DNA of 64,000 bases from a virus: IMG/VR virus record IMGVR_UViG_3300036820_000011, positions 18,853 through 82,852 of that record; one strand, given 5' to 3'. Shown in pieces: positions 8,634-18,460 of this stretch (positions within the stretch are counted from its first letter, which is position 1; each line of letters starts with the position of its first letter). The position numbers and the translations under genes are program-made. The notes below the pieces were generated by a model that did not search any database, was not told the DNA's origin, and worked only from the letters and a program-made list of their open reading frames with translations.

Positions 8634-11600
8634 TCAGACCCCCGGGATCAGGCCACGGAGGCGGCCGTGCTGCTTGGCGTCCTGGAGCGCGGAGATCAGC
8701 CAGTTCTGCAGCTCGTGCCTGCTGCCGACCGGTCCGTGGAAGTGGGCGTGCACGTGCAGTTCCCCGCCGCCCGCCGACTGCCCGGGGCCGAGCACCCGCT
8801 CCGGCCGCCCGGTGCCGTTGTTGGCGATCGAGCGGCCGACGGGGAGGTAGCCGCCGGAGTCGTACCAGTTGTTGCTGTTCCCGGTCAGCATCGGCTGACG
8901 GTCCTGGCGCATGGTCCACGAGCCGAGTTCCGTGGTTGCGCACCACACGGACTCGGTCCCCGCGTCCCCGGTCCGGATGCTCTCACCGCCCAGGAACGGC
9001 TTCGCCTCCCGGATGGCCACACCGGTCCGAGGAGTTGTGCAGCCCAGATTGCTCCGGCCGCTGCGCTTCCACTCGGTCATGGCAGGGCGCTTCCCGCTGA
9101 GGTAGACCGCCAGGACGATGGCGTCCTGCTGCGCACCGTCCGCCTGCGAGTAGCTCTTCCCCCCGGAGTAGTGGCCCTTCCCCAGAATCGGCCCTTCCTG
9201 GATCTTCGTCACGCCTTCCGCCCCGAACACCCCGCGTAGGAAGGCTTCCCGCTGCGGCTCGGACAGCGATAGGACGAAGGGGACCGGATCGGCATGGTCG
9301 TACCCACTGCGCCTGAGCAGTTCCGCCGACCACGGCCGGTGAAACTCCCAGGTGGTCAACGGGAGTCCCGGCTCCCCACTGGGCTTTGTCATCGGGCGCA
9401 CGGTACGGGTGAACGGGAGTCCGGACACCAGCGACTCGATCGCCTTCACGTGTTCCGGCTTGGACTGACCGAGCCGAATGGACGGCCGGGACCCGCGAAG
9501 GGTCCGCCAGTGCGTGCTGTTCGGCGTACGACTCTTGGGCTTGATCACCCAGCCGTCGCCCAGGACCCATCCCAGCAGCTCGGCTTCCTGCAAACTGACC
9601 GAGGCGTTTTCACCGACATCCGACGGTGCGGCGAGTCGAAGGGTGTGCCGAGTGGTGATCTTCTGTGCTTCCACGAAGACGTCATCAGTCCGGAATTCGT
9701 TCTTGGTGCGTCCGCCAACACCCTTCCGGCCGACGTGCTTGCGGTGGACCGCCACCCATCGGTGGTGCGGAGTGCACACCGCGTGCCATGTCTTGTTGGT
9801 GAGTCGGACCACTGGGACGTCATCATACCGGTGAATGTCCGTGACCCGGGTCCACTCATTGCGTTCGGTCCCGGGGTTGTACCCGACCGTCATGTCTCCG
9901 ATCTGGACGTTCTCGTAGGTCAGCCATCCGCGCTGTGTCAGAATCTCTACACTCAACGGTACGCACATCTCGTGGGACCAGGCAGCACCCGGAGAGCCGT
10001 ACCTCCCGGCGATGTAGCCCAGGCCCCAGCGGATCTGGGTCTGGTAGTTGCTGTGCCAGTCGGGTCCGGCGGATGCCATCTTGTCGGCCGGAAGCGCCTG
10101 AGGAATCCCGTAGGCCCCACTGGATGCATTGAGTGCGTTCCAGCGCCAACCGCTTTCCTGGTTCCACAGCTTGATCAGCGGGCCCATCTGGTTGCTGCTC
10201 CAGTAGTACCGGCCGAGCAGGCTCTGGGCGTAGTTCTGCGCCGCGCCTGCCGCGACGCCGGAGAAGCCGCCGTTGTTGTTAAGTCCGGAGTTGGCCGATG
10301 CGGCTGCGGTGACCGCCGCGTAGATGCTGGCCGCGTTGCTCTGGGAGAACGCCTGCGTCCACGCGGCGATATCCCGGGTCACCGTGTTCGAGGTCGGCTC
10401 GGTCACGTGGACGCCGACCGCGCCGCCGACGGAGAACTTGCCGATCCTCCCGGCCTTCACCATCTGGCGCAGGGTCAGCATGGCCTGCTGACCGCCGAGC
10501 GCGTTGACCTCGTCCGCCGTCCAGACGTGCTCGCCCTTCGAGAGCCAGGTTAGGTTCGAGTCGGAGGTGGCCGTGCCGATCCCGCCGACAGGCCCGCCGA
10601 ACGCCAGGCCGGGCAACCCTTTCTTGTTGCCCGCCGTCGCCGCGTTGTTGAAATCGACGGAGAGGTTGACTGTCTTGTTCTGGATTCCGCCCAGCGAGGC
10701 GTTGACCGATGCCCGGAAGTTGTCGAACGCCTTCTCGGCGGACTTGAGCTTGCCGCCGACTCCGGGCACCCAGCCGAGCATGTCGGACGCACCGTGGAGT
10801 ACGTCGCCGACCATGGTCATGAAGCCGTTGACGATGAACCGCAGCGCAGGCTCGATGCCGTTGGTCCACAGCCACATGAACGCTGATTCGATCGGGTGGA
10901 TCACGTCGTTGAACAGGAAGTTGTATGCCCCCAGGGCAGCGCTCTGAATGACGTGCCATGCGCTGACAAAGAAATTGACGAACGGCCCGGCAAACCAGTT
11001 ACCGATATTCAGGAAGAAATTGACGAACGGCCCGGTGAACCACCGTCCAATACTCAGGAAGAACCCGACAAAGGGACCGGTGAACCAGTTACCAATACTC
11101 AGAAAGAAATTGACAAAAGGTCCCGTGAACCATCTTCCGATATTCAGAAAGAAATTGACAAAAGGTCCTGTGAACCAACGACCGATGTCCAGGAAGAACC
11201 CGACGAAGGGACCGGTGAACCAGTTCCCGATACTCAGGAAGAATCCGACGAAGGGTCCCGTGAACCATCTTCCGATATCGATGAAGAAGTTCACGAAAGG
11301 ACCGCTGAACCAGCGGCCGATATCCAGGAAGAAGTTGACGAACGGCCCCGCGAACCAGTTGCCGATGTCAATGAAGAAGTTGACGAAGGGCCCGGCGAAC
11401 CATTCGCCGATGCTCTCCATGATTGACCTGAACAACTGGCTGTGGGTCCACGCATACGCGAATCCTGCCGCCAGGGCGGTAAGCCCGAGCACCACCAACA
11501 TGATCGGGTTGGCGTCCATGACAAGATCCAGCGCGCCTTGGGCGATCGTCTGCAACTTGGTCGCCACTGTAACGATCCCGCACCACAGATTGTAGATCTT

Positions 11601-13448
11601 GAGGGCGATCCCACCAGCGATCATTTGGATATTGAGCAGTAGCAGGCCCGCAGTAAACACACCGATGGTGATGGCCAGCGAAGTGATCAGCGTCTTGTTC
11701 TGGGCCAGAAAACCAGTGAGCCCCCGGAACGCCGGACCGATCACATTGTTCAGGGTCACGCCTACCAAGGACAGTGCCGGGCCGAGAACATCTCCCACCA
11801 ACTGCGCCAGCGGGGAGATCATCTGAAGCAGCGGGTTGATGAAGATCGTCAGATTCCGGAACGAGGGGATCACAGTGTTGTCGATGAAATTCGCGGCGAT
11901 CTTGAACGCACCGGTCACGATCGGCATACCGACCGAGACGACAGTCTGAATCACGCCGAGCACGTTGGAGAAGACACCCCCCACGGCTGGGAGCCCCTTG
12001 GTCACGATCTCTTTGATCACCGTGACACCGGTGGACATGATCGACTCTACGCCTTTGAACGCTATGGACGCGATGGAGCCAATCGAGGCGAACGAGGAGC
12101 TGAACTCCTTCGTCAGCTGTGAACCCATGCTTGCCGCCGGATTGGCCACCGATGTCGTCGGCATGAGGGACTTGTTGACCCCGCCCCGGTTCAGGGTCAT
12201 GGCCGGAGCCATCTGCGCTTTGGTCGTCGTCCCGAAATTGCTCTTGAAAAACCCCCCCATGACCTGGGTCAGGGTGTTGAGCCCGGACTGGATCGCCTTG
12301 GTGGGGATCATGTTGACCATGGCAGTGGTGACCCGGCTCGCGGAGGGGATCAGGGTCGTGTTCAGGAAGGTCACGAACGCGGTGACCGGCGGGAGCAGCG
12401 CCTCACCGACCTTGATCCCGAAGTCCTCCAGATTGGTCTTCATCATCGCGAACTGAGCCGACAAGGTCTTCTGCTGCGCGGCCACAGCGGCGGGCAGGTC
12501 TCCAGCAGTCTTGTTGATCTGCACTAGCTTGCCCTGGAGCACACTGTAGTTCTGGACCAAGGCCTCGATGGTCGAGGCCGACTTACCGCCGCCGAACGCC
12601 TTGGACAACAGGATGCCCTGCTGGGACAAGGACAGGCCCGACTTGTCCAGTGCCGCCTTCAGCAGGCCGATGGTGCCGACCAGCCCGGCGGGGGAGCGCA
12701 TCTCGTTCGCCATCTGTAGCCCGGTCAGGCCGATCGTGGCCAGCTGCTTGGCCGCTGTCGCCGACGGAGCGGCCAATAGCGAGAATGAGGTCTTGAGCCG
12801 GGTGGCCGCCTCCTCCGCCCCCTGGCCGGAGTCGGTCATCAGCGCCAGGGCCGCACCTACCTGGTTGAGCCCGATACCGAAAGTTTTCGCCGCCGGAAGG
12901 ATGCCTGTGCCGACTGCGCCGACGAATTCGGTCATGGTCATGTTGCCTGCGCCGATGATGGCGTTGACCGTCCCGGCCGCTTCACCGAAGGTCTGTGCAC
13001 CCTTGATGCCGGAGCGCCAGGCACCGGCCAGAGCGTTGGTCGTCGCCTCCAGGTTCGACCCGCCGACCGAGGCCAGGTCGGATGCGACCTTCAGGTCCTT
13101 CATCGCCGTAGTGTTGTCGAGTCCGACCGACTTGAGGTGGTAGAGCGCTTCGGCCAGCTGGTCGGGCCCCTGTTGGGCCGTGGACAGATTCAGCACCGCG
13201 TTGCTCAGCACCTTGACGTCGGCCGCCGACCCGCCCGCCTGAGTCTGGATCTTCAGCATGGCGTTGTTGAAATCGTTGGCCATGTGCACGGTGACGGCCG
13301 CTGCCGCACCGACGGCCAGCACGGCGGTGGCGGCCCCGGCCAGGCCGATGCCCACCTTCCCCAGGGACGTCTCGGCGTCGGCGGTGTCCGCCGTGATCGC
13401 GATGTAGCCGATCCCGAGCAGGGTCCCCTTGCCGATGCCGAGCGCCAT
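8634..13448 (-). CDS. tape measure protein with C-terminal lytic transglycosylase domain interrupted by an intein
   Basis: 1604 aa, Ala/Gly helical; follows tail chaperones; LWNQESGW...SSGAYGIPQALP...QIRWGLGYI..RYGSP. Confidence 0.92.
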   Translation of the reverse strand: MALGIGKGTLLGIGYIAITADTADAETSLGKVGIGLAGAATAVLAVGAAAAVTVHMANDFNNAMLKIQTQAGGSAADVKVLSNAVLNLSTAQQGPDQLAEALYHLKSVGLDNTTAMKDLKVASDLASVGGSNLEATTNALAGAWRSGIKGAQTFGEAAGTVNAIIGAGNMTMTEFVGAVGTGILPAAKTFGIGLNQVGAALALMTDSGQGAEEAATRLKTSFSLLAAPSATAAKQLATIGLTGLQMANEMRSPAGLVGTIGLLKAALDKSGLSLSQQGILLSKAFGGGKSASTIEALVQNYSVLQGKLVQINKTAGDLPAAVAAQQKTLSAQFAMMKTNLEDFGIKVGEALLPPVTAFVTFLNTTLIPSASRVTTAMVNMIPTKAIQSGLNTLTQVMGGFFKSNFGTTTKAQMAPAMTLNRGGVNKSLMPTTSVANPAASMGSQLTKEFSSSFASIGSIASIAFKGVESIMSTGVTVIKEIVTKGLPAVGGVFSNVLGVIQTVVSVGMPIVTGAFKIAANFIDNTVIPSFRNLTIFINPLLQMISPLAQLVGDVLGPALSLVGVTLNNVIGPAFRGLTGFLAQNKTLITSLAITIGVFTAGLLLLNIQMIAGGIALKIYNLWCGIVTVATKLQTIAQGALDLVMDANPIMLVVLGLTALAAGFAYAWTHSQLFRSIMESIGEWFAGPFVNFFIDIGNWFAGPFVNFFLDIGRWFSGPFVNFFIDIGRWFTGPFVGFFLSIGNWFTGPFVGFFLDIGRWFTGPFVNFFLNIGRWFTGPFVNFFLSIGNWFTGPFVGFFLSIGRWFTGPFVNFFLNIGNWFAGPFVNFFVSAWHVIQSAALGAYNFLFNDVIHPIESAFMWLWTNGIEPALRFIVNGFMTMVGDVLHGASDMLGWVPGVGGKLKSAEKAFDNFRASVNASLGGIQNKTVNLSVDFNNAATAGNKKGLPGLAFGGPVGGIGTATSDSNLTWLSKGEHVWTADEVNALGGQQAMLTLRQMVKAGRIGKFSVGGAVGVHVTEPTSNTVTRDIAAWTQAFSQSNAASIYAAVTAAASANSGLNNNGGFSGVAAGAAQNYAQSLLGRYYWSSNQMGPLIKLWNQESGWRWNALNASSGAYGIPQALPADKMASAGPDWHSNYQTQIRWGLGYIAGRYGSPGAAWSHEMCVPLSVEILTQRGWLTYENVQIGDMTVGYNPGTERNEWTRVTDIHRYDDVPVVRLTNKTWHAVCTPHHRWVAVHRKHVGRKGVGGRTKNEFRTDDVFVEAQKITTRHTLRLAAPSDVGENASVSLQEAELLGWVLGDGWVIKPKSRTPNSTHWRTLRGSRPSIRLGQSKPEHVKAIESLVSGLPFTRTVRPMTKPSGEPGLPLTTWEFHRPWSAELLRRSGYDHADPVPFVLSLSEPQREAFLRGVFGAEGVTKIQEGPILGKGHYSGGKSYSQADGAQQDAIVLAVYLSGKRPAMTEWKRSGRSNLGCTTPRTGVAIREAKPFLGGESIRTGDAGTESVWCATTELGSWTMRQDRQPMLTGNSNNWYDSGGYLPVGRSIANNGTGRPERVLGPGQSAGGGELHVHAHFHGPVGSRHELQNWLISALQDAKQHGRLRGLIPGV
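8877..9965 (-). mobile_element. intein with LAGLIDADG homing endonuclease (363 aa) in tape measure
   Basis: HEM/CVPLSVEILTQRGW...CTPHHRW...VWCATT...MLTGN/S; LLGWVLGDG and FLRGVFGAEG blocks. Confidence 0.9.
10968..11402 (-). repeat. about ten tandem 45-nt coding repeats (WF[AST]GPFV[NG]FF[LI]xIG[NR]) in tape measure
   Basis: Directly readable in both protein and DNA. Confidence 0.9.
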
Positions 13449-13460
13449 CAGTCCACCGTC

Positions 13461-13838
13461 CTAGTCGAGCACGACGCCCATGGACGCCAGGAAGGAGTCG
13501 GACGCCTCCTCGTCGGAGACCCACCACGCCGGAGCGCTCGGGTCGCGCGTGTCGGCCTTCTGCTCCTGCTCCCGGCTGATCCGCCACACCGACACGGAGA
13601 GGCTGTTGTCAAACTCCTGGTGTACCGCGTCCAAGGTCTTCCCCTCCTCCGCCGACAGGCCCTCTTTGATCGTGAAGTAGACGACGTTCAGGAAGCGGTC
13701 GAAGGGGAGCTGACGGAGATCAACTCCAGCGGCGGAGTGCTTCCCGTCGAGCTGGTGCCAGATCCCGGGGCGGGTGGCCCATCCGAGGAGTTCCCGGATG
13801 GCGGCGTAGGGCGCAGCCCGTACTGCTCGAACAGCCAC
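13461..13838 (-). CDS. tail assembly chaperone, downstream frame (probably reached by -1 frameshift)
   Basis: Overlaps the upstream chaperone in the -1 frame; directly precedes tape measure. Confidence 0.65.
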   Translation of the reverse strand: MAVRAVRAAPYAAIRELLGWATRPGIWHQLDGKHSAAGVDLRQLPFDRFLNVVYFTIKEGLSAEEGKTLDAVHQEFDNSLSVSVWRISREQEQKADTRDPSAPAWWVSDEEASDSFLASMGVVLD

Positions 13839-14113
13839 CCGGAGACGTCGTCCAGCTGCTGCAGGTCGATGCCGTTGGTCTTGCTGGAGAGCCGGGCCAC
13901 GAACCGCTGGTAGGAGACCGGCTCCAGGGTCAGTTCCAGCAGTTCGCGGTATGCCCCGTACTGCGCCTTGGTGTCGGCACCCGCCAGCTCCTGGAGCTTG
14001 ACCGCAGCATCGATCAGGTCGTCAGCCGGGATGGTGTCGTACGCGGTGAACGTGTCGGGGTCGATCGTGAACTCGATCGGCTCCCGTGCCTTCGAGAAGT
14101 CCTTCTTCGCCAT
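13688..14113 (-). CDS. tail assembly chaperone
   Basis: Position; WLFEQYGLRPT followed by Ser/Pro-rich tail. Confidence 0.75.
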   Translation of the reverse strand: MAKKDFSKAREPIEFTIDPDTFTAYDTIPADDLIDAAVKLQELAGADTKAQYGAYRELLELTLEPVSYQRFVARLSSKTNGIDLQQLDDVSGWLFEQYGLRPTPPSGNSSDGPPAPGSGTSSTGSTPPLELISVSSPSTAS

Positions 14114-14155
14114 GCCGACCACGGTAGTTCCGAGTCGGTCATGATCCACCCGGAG

Positions 14156-14542
14156 CTACATCCCGCCGATCGTCATCGCCTTCGCCATGAAAAAATTCGG
14201 ATGCGTGCCTGGGTGGTTGACCCTCATCGCGAACACGGTGCCCCCGCCCATGACGAACCGCAGGGCTTTCTTGTTCGACGGCATGATCACGTGCGGCCGG
14301 GTGCCCTTGGACACGAAGATGATCGCCGGGTGGTCGCAGTACACCGTGACCGTGGTCCCGGTCAGCACAGACCCGGCCACCGTCAGATGCACGTAGCTGC
14401 CCATGGTCCCCGGGGCCAGTTTCTTGGCGGCCTCCTCGATCCGCTTCCCGCGCTCCGCCAGGTTGCGCCCGACCTCCCCGGTCGGTGAGCGGAACATCTT
14501 CCGGATCGCCACCCGGTCCCAGTCGATCTTTATGTCAGCCAC
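14156..14542 (-). CDS. HK97 gp10-like neck/tail completion protein
   Basis: GTRPHVI.P..KKALRF...V.HPGT..N.F motif. Confidence 0.75.
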   Translation of the reverse strand: MADIKIDWDRVAIRKMFRSPTGEVGRNLAERGKRIEEAAKKLAPGTMGSYVHLTVAGSVLTGTTVTVYCDHPAIIFVSKGTRPHVIMPSNKKALRFVMGGGTVFAMRVNHPGTHPNFFMAKAMTIGGM

Positions 14543-15050
14543 GGGGCATCGCCACCGCCACGCGCAGTTCCACGCCGACACATCCGCCCTCGGGACCCTG
14601 CGGCGACACTGGACCGACCACGTAGTCCCAGATCGCGTCGTCGCCCTTGAGCTGGCACATCAGGTTCGTGGTCCCGGACAGCACGGCGTAGGCGTCCGAC
14701 GCCAGGATCTGCGCCGCCGTCTGCTGCGCACCCTCGGACGGGTATATGGTGCTGCTCGCACCCGCGCTGGGTGAGGGGGCGCACCGGATGATCTGGATCA
14801 CGATCTCCGTGCCCTCCATGACCGGCGGGCAGTTGCCGTACGGCAGTCCCTCCGGCTCCGGGAAGTCGTTGGTCAGGTACACACTGCCGACCGAGACGGC
14901 CAGCATGCCGCAGTCGCAGGCGTCCCAGGGGATCGTGCCGGGCACGACGCAGGCTCGGTCCACATCCGAGGTGAGCAGGTCCTGGATGGTGGTCACCAGC
15001 GTGCTGGCGATGCTGTAGTACTTCATCGCCCCGTACAGCGGCAGCGTCAC
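14535..15050 (-). CDS. tail terminator-like protein
   Basis: PG.IPWD.C...IIRCAP...P.GP.GGCVG; GTGA overlap. Confidence 0.65.
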   Translation of the reverse strand: MTLPLYGAMKYYSIASTLVTTIQDLLTSDVDRACVVPGTIPWDACDCGMLAVSVGSVYLTNDFPEPEGLPYGNCPPVMEGTEIVIQIIRCAPSPSAGASSTIYPSEGAQQTAAQILASDAYAVLSGTTNLMCQLKGDDAIWDYVVGPVSPQGPEGGCVGVELRVAVAMPRG

Positions 15051-15853
15051 GTGTCGGTCCTCCGGACGAAGGGCCGGTCGATGTTGTAGACCCGGGCGCG
15101 GGCGGTGAGCCGGTTCGGGTTCTCCGCCGCCAGGAAAAGGTCGCACAGGTAGAGCCCGGTCCGGCCCTCGGTCAGGAGTTCGTTGATGTCCGGGAAAGTG
15201 ATCGACACACCCTGCCGGACGAGCCCGGTCACTGTCGACGGCAGGCCGCAGGAGTCGTCCCCGGTCGCTGCCTTCAGGATCTCGTAGGCCAGTTCCCCGA
15301 CCGCGAACTGCGCGCTGATCGGCACCGCGAGGCCCACGTCTGCGGTGACCGACCAGGTGCCGACCTCGGTGGCCGCTTTCGTCAGGTCGTTGCAGCGGGG
15401 CCAGTGCTGGCCGTCGGTCCGCACCAGGATGCGGGTGTTGTCGATCCGGTAAGACGAGGACGGCAGGACCGCGCCGTCGACCAGTACCTGGGTGACGTCG
15501 GCGACCGGGGCCGGGAGGATCGTCTCGGAGACGTACGAGCACGAGCAGCTGTCGGAGTTGCAGCCGCCGCACATGAACGGGAACCAGTAGGCGAAGTCCC
15601 AGGCGGCCGACGCCAGCGGAGCGCCGTAGCTGGACCACGGGTAGGCGTACGAGCCGCCCGGCCACATGTCGTAGCAGTCCTTGCGGCACGGCCGCCAGGT
15701 CACCTGGCAGGTGCCGAACCTCCGGCCGGACAGCGCCCACAGGAAGCGGGTGGCCGACTCGACCGCGTAGCCGGTGAGCACCGGTGAGAAGGTGCTGACG
15801 TCGGACGCCCAGTAGGGGGTCCAGCTGGAGCAGGGTCCCGCGTCGACCGTCAC
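15047..15853 (-). CDS. head-to-tail adaptor
   Basis: LWALSGRRFG.C....RPC...LVRTDG..WP.C.DL...C.LP..V..LVRQGV...GRTGL...D.F. Confidence 0.8.
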   Translation of the reverse strand: MTVDAGPCSSWTPYWASDVSTFSPVLTGYAVESATRFLWALSGRRFGTCQVTWRPCRKDCYDMWPGGSYAYPWSSYGAPLASAAWDFAYWFPFMCGGCNSDSCSCSYVSETILPAPVADVTQVLVDGAVLPSSSYRIDNTRILVRTDGQHWPRCNDLTKAATEVGTWSVTADVGLAVPISAQFAVGELAYEILKAATGDDSCGLPSTVTGLVRQGVSITFPDINELLTEGRTGLYLCDLFLAAENPNRLTARARVYNIDRPFVRRTDT

Positions 15854-15862
15854 AGCCGCCTC

Positions 15863-16201
15863 CTAGATCTCCGGTACCGCGCCGACGGGGAGCTGCACGG
15901 TGAACTGGATCGGCACCGAGGCGTAGCGCTGGGTCCCGTTCCCGCACCACAGGTACGCCGTGTACCGGCCCGCCGTGGCGAACTCCGCCCCGGTCCAGAT
16001 GTAGGTGACGACGCCGTTGGTGGGATCGCTCACTGAGGCGCTGCCGCCGAACGGTGAGCCGTCGTGCTCCTGGCAGGAGAAGTCGGCCTGGTACCCGAAC
16101 AGGTCGATGGCCGCCCCGGTCGAGTCCAGGAAGGTGTAGCTCAGCGGCGGCGGGATCTCACCGAGGGTGTAGGGCGTACTGATCACGACAGCGTTGCTCA
16201 C
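15863..16201 (-). CDS. BppU-like Ig-fold virion protein
   Basis: G.AIDL.G...DPTNGVV.Y.W...FATAG.Y.A. Confidence 0.55.
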   Translation of the reverse strand: MSNAVVISTPYTLGEIPPPLSYTFLDSTGAAIDLFGYQADFSCQEHDGSPFGGSASVSDPTNGVVTYIWTGAEFATAGRYTAYLWCGNGTQRYASVPIQFTVQLPVGAVPEI

Positions 16202-18447
16202 GGCTCACCTCCTGCCAGTGACGATACCGGTTCGCGCCCCTTGATCCCGGCGGTCTGCTCGGAGCCGGACGGCGTGGCGAACGGCTCCTTCCCCCGGAGT
16301 CCGGCGGTCTGCTCCGCTCCGGCGGCCACCGTCACGGGCTCGCGTCCCCTGATCCTCGTCCGGACAGTCGTCACCGGGTAGCGGGTGAGCACGCCGGACG
16401 CCGCACCCGTCGCCGGGGCGGTCCCGGCCACGGTGACCACGGCCACCGTGGCGAACTGCACGTACCCGGACGCGTAGGCCGACGCAGGCACCGCGTCCAG
16501 GGCGGGGGGCACGCCCAGAGCAGTACCGGCAGCCGCCGCTGTGCCCGCTGTCACCACCGCAGCCTGCACGGAGGCCACCTGGTAGCCGGTACCCGCTGCC
16601 GGGGCCGCAGACGGTAGCACAGTGATCCCGGTCTGGGCCGCCGGTGCGGTACCCGCAACCGCCGCCAGCCCGGCCACGGCCTGCGGGTCGAAAGTGATCG
16701 GCTCGCCGGTGCCCGTGGCAGCGGCTGCCCCGGCGACCGCTCCCGCGTCCGTGCCCGCAGGCCCGGCAGCGCCGTCGGCCGCAGCGGTCCCGGCGGTGGT
16801 GACGACGGCAGCCTGCGGTGCGGCAGCGGTTCCGGTGGCAGCCGCCGCACCGGCCGCAGCAGTGATCCCTGCTGCCGCAGGCAGCGCAGCACCCGTTGCC
16901 GCAGCGCTGCCTGCGGTGGCTTCGGGGTCGAACACCAGGGAACCGGCAGCTCCGGTTGCCGCAGCGGTGCCTGCCGTGAAGACGATCGACACAGACGGGT
17001 CCAGGGCCGCGCCAGCAACCGCCGCGCATCCGGGCTGGGCCGTGGCCGTGCTCTCGCTGGACACCGCAGGCGCGTACGCCTGGCCCACCACTGCGGCGGT
17101 GCCGGGCACAGCAGCGGTCCCGGCAGCAGCCTGCTCGCCGGTACCGGTGACGGACGCCGTACTGGGCACGGCAGCCGGGGAGGCGGTGACGGTGTAGGCC
17201 GTACTGGTGGCCGCAGCCGTCCCGGCGACGACGGCCACGGCGGCGGTCGGCGGCAGGCCGGTGCCCGCTGCGGCGGCGCATCCGGTGTTCGGTCCGGGCA
17301 CGGGTCCCAGGCCGGTACCGGTACCGGCGGCGGTATCCGCGACGGCTGCCGGGGACGCGAGCGGCTGCAGTGCGGCAGCAGTGGCGGTGGCAGTGGCCGG
17401 GACAGCTGCCACTGCTGCGGTAGCGGGAAGTGCGGCACCGGTTCCGGCCGCCGACCCGGCAGGGGCACCCGGACCCGCCGCAGGCGGTTCGCCCGTGCCG
17501 GTACCGGCAGCGGTGCCGGTGCCCTGGACGACTGCGGCCACCGACGGGGCCAGTGCCGTGCCTGTGCTCGCGGCGGTGGCCGGGACCGCTGCCGGAGCGG
17601 GCACCGGTGCGTACGCCGTCCCGGTCGCTGCCGCGAGTCCGGCGGGAGCAGCCACCCCGGCTACCGGCTGCCGGGCCGTCCCCGTGGCTGCCGCGCACCC
17701 GGTGTTCGGTCCGGGGACCGGCTGGAGCGCGGTGCCCGTGCCTGCCGCTGTCCCGGAGATCCCGGCCAGGGCAGCGACCGGAGGCAGCGCGGTGCCTGTC
17801 GCGGTCGCGACGCCCGCCAGCGCGATGGTGCCCGAGTAGACGGACGGCGGGTAGCCGGTCCCGGTCGCCGCAGCCGAGCCCGCCGGTACGGCGATGGCCG
17901 CTGCAGCGGCGTACGCCGTGCCGGTGGCTGCTGCCGATCCGGTCGGGACAGCGACCGCTGCGGCCGGTGCATAGCCCGTGCCGGTGGCTGCGGCGGTGCC
18001 CGGGATACCGGCGAGCCCGGCGAGGACGCCGTACGCGGTACCGGTGGTGTTCGCCACTCCGGCCGGGGCACCGGGTCCGGCGGGTGCGGCGTACGCCGTA
18101 CCGGTAGCGGCGGCCAGCCCGGCGGTGACGACTGCCTGGACGGCGGGGCTGTAGCCCGCGCCCGTCGCCGCTGCGGTGCCTGACAGAGCAGCCGGTGCCG
18201 GGACAGCGGTGTAGGCGGTCCCGGTCGCGGCAGCGAGTCCGGCCGTGGCAGTGACACCGGCCGCCGGGGCGTAACCGGTACCGGTGGCCGGTGCGGTGAC
18301 CGGCGCGGCCTCGGGGTCGAACACCGGGCCGTTGGCGGTACCGGTGGCGTTCGCTGCTCCGGCTGTCGCCGTCGTGCCGGTGACCAGCGTGTCGACCAGC
18401 AGGTTGTGCCGGGCCTGGATCGGGATCGCCCTGCCGAGGCGTGCCAT
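16198..18447 (-). CDS. Ala/Thr/Gly-rich repetitive fibre-like protein
   Basis: Many imperfect G[TS]AAATGT[AG]xxP units; GGGAGG RBS. Confidence 0.7.
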   Translation of the reverse strand: MARLGRAIPIQARHNLLVDTLVTGTTATAGAANATGTANGPVFDPEAAPVTAPATGTGYAPAAGVTATAGLAAATGTAYTAVPAPAALSGTAAATGAGYSPAVQAVVTAGLAAATGTAYAAPAGPGAPAGVANTTGTAYGVLAGLAGIPGTAAATGTGYAPAAAVAVPTGSAAATGTAYAAAAAIAVPAGSAAATGTGYPPSVYSGTIALAGVATATGTALPPVAALAGISGTAAGTGTALQPVPGPNTGCAAATGTARQPVAGVAAPAGLAAATGTAYAPVPAPAAVPATAASTGTALAPSVAAVVQGTGTAAGTGTGEPPAAGPGAPAGSAAGTGAALPATAAVAAVPATATATAAALQPLASPAAVADTAAGTGTGLGPVPGPNTGCAAAAGTGLPPTAAVAVVAGTAAATSTAYTVTASPAAVPSTASVTGTGEQAAAGTAAVPGTAAVVGQAYAPAVSSESTATAQPGCAAVAGAALDPSVSIVFTAGTAAATGAAGSLVFDPEATAGSAAATGAALPAAAGITAAAGAAAATGTAAAPQAAVVTTAGTAAADGAAGPAGTDAGAVAGAAAATGTGEPITFDPQAVAGLAAVAGTAPAAQTGITVLPSAAPAAGTGYQVASVQAAVVTAGTAAAAGTALGVPPALDAVPASAYASGYVQFATVAVVTVAGTAPATGAASGVLTRYPVTTVRTRIRGREPVTVAAGAEQTAGLRGKEPFATPSGSEQTAGIKGREPVSSLAGGEP

Positions 18448-18460
18448 GGCCTGCCTCCCG

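Noticed and set aside
10968-11402. 45-nt periodic repeats as a CRISPR array
   Set aside because: No unique spacers; repeats are in-frame coding units varying at synonymous positions; no cas operon
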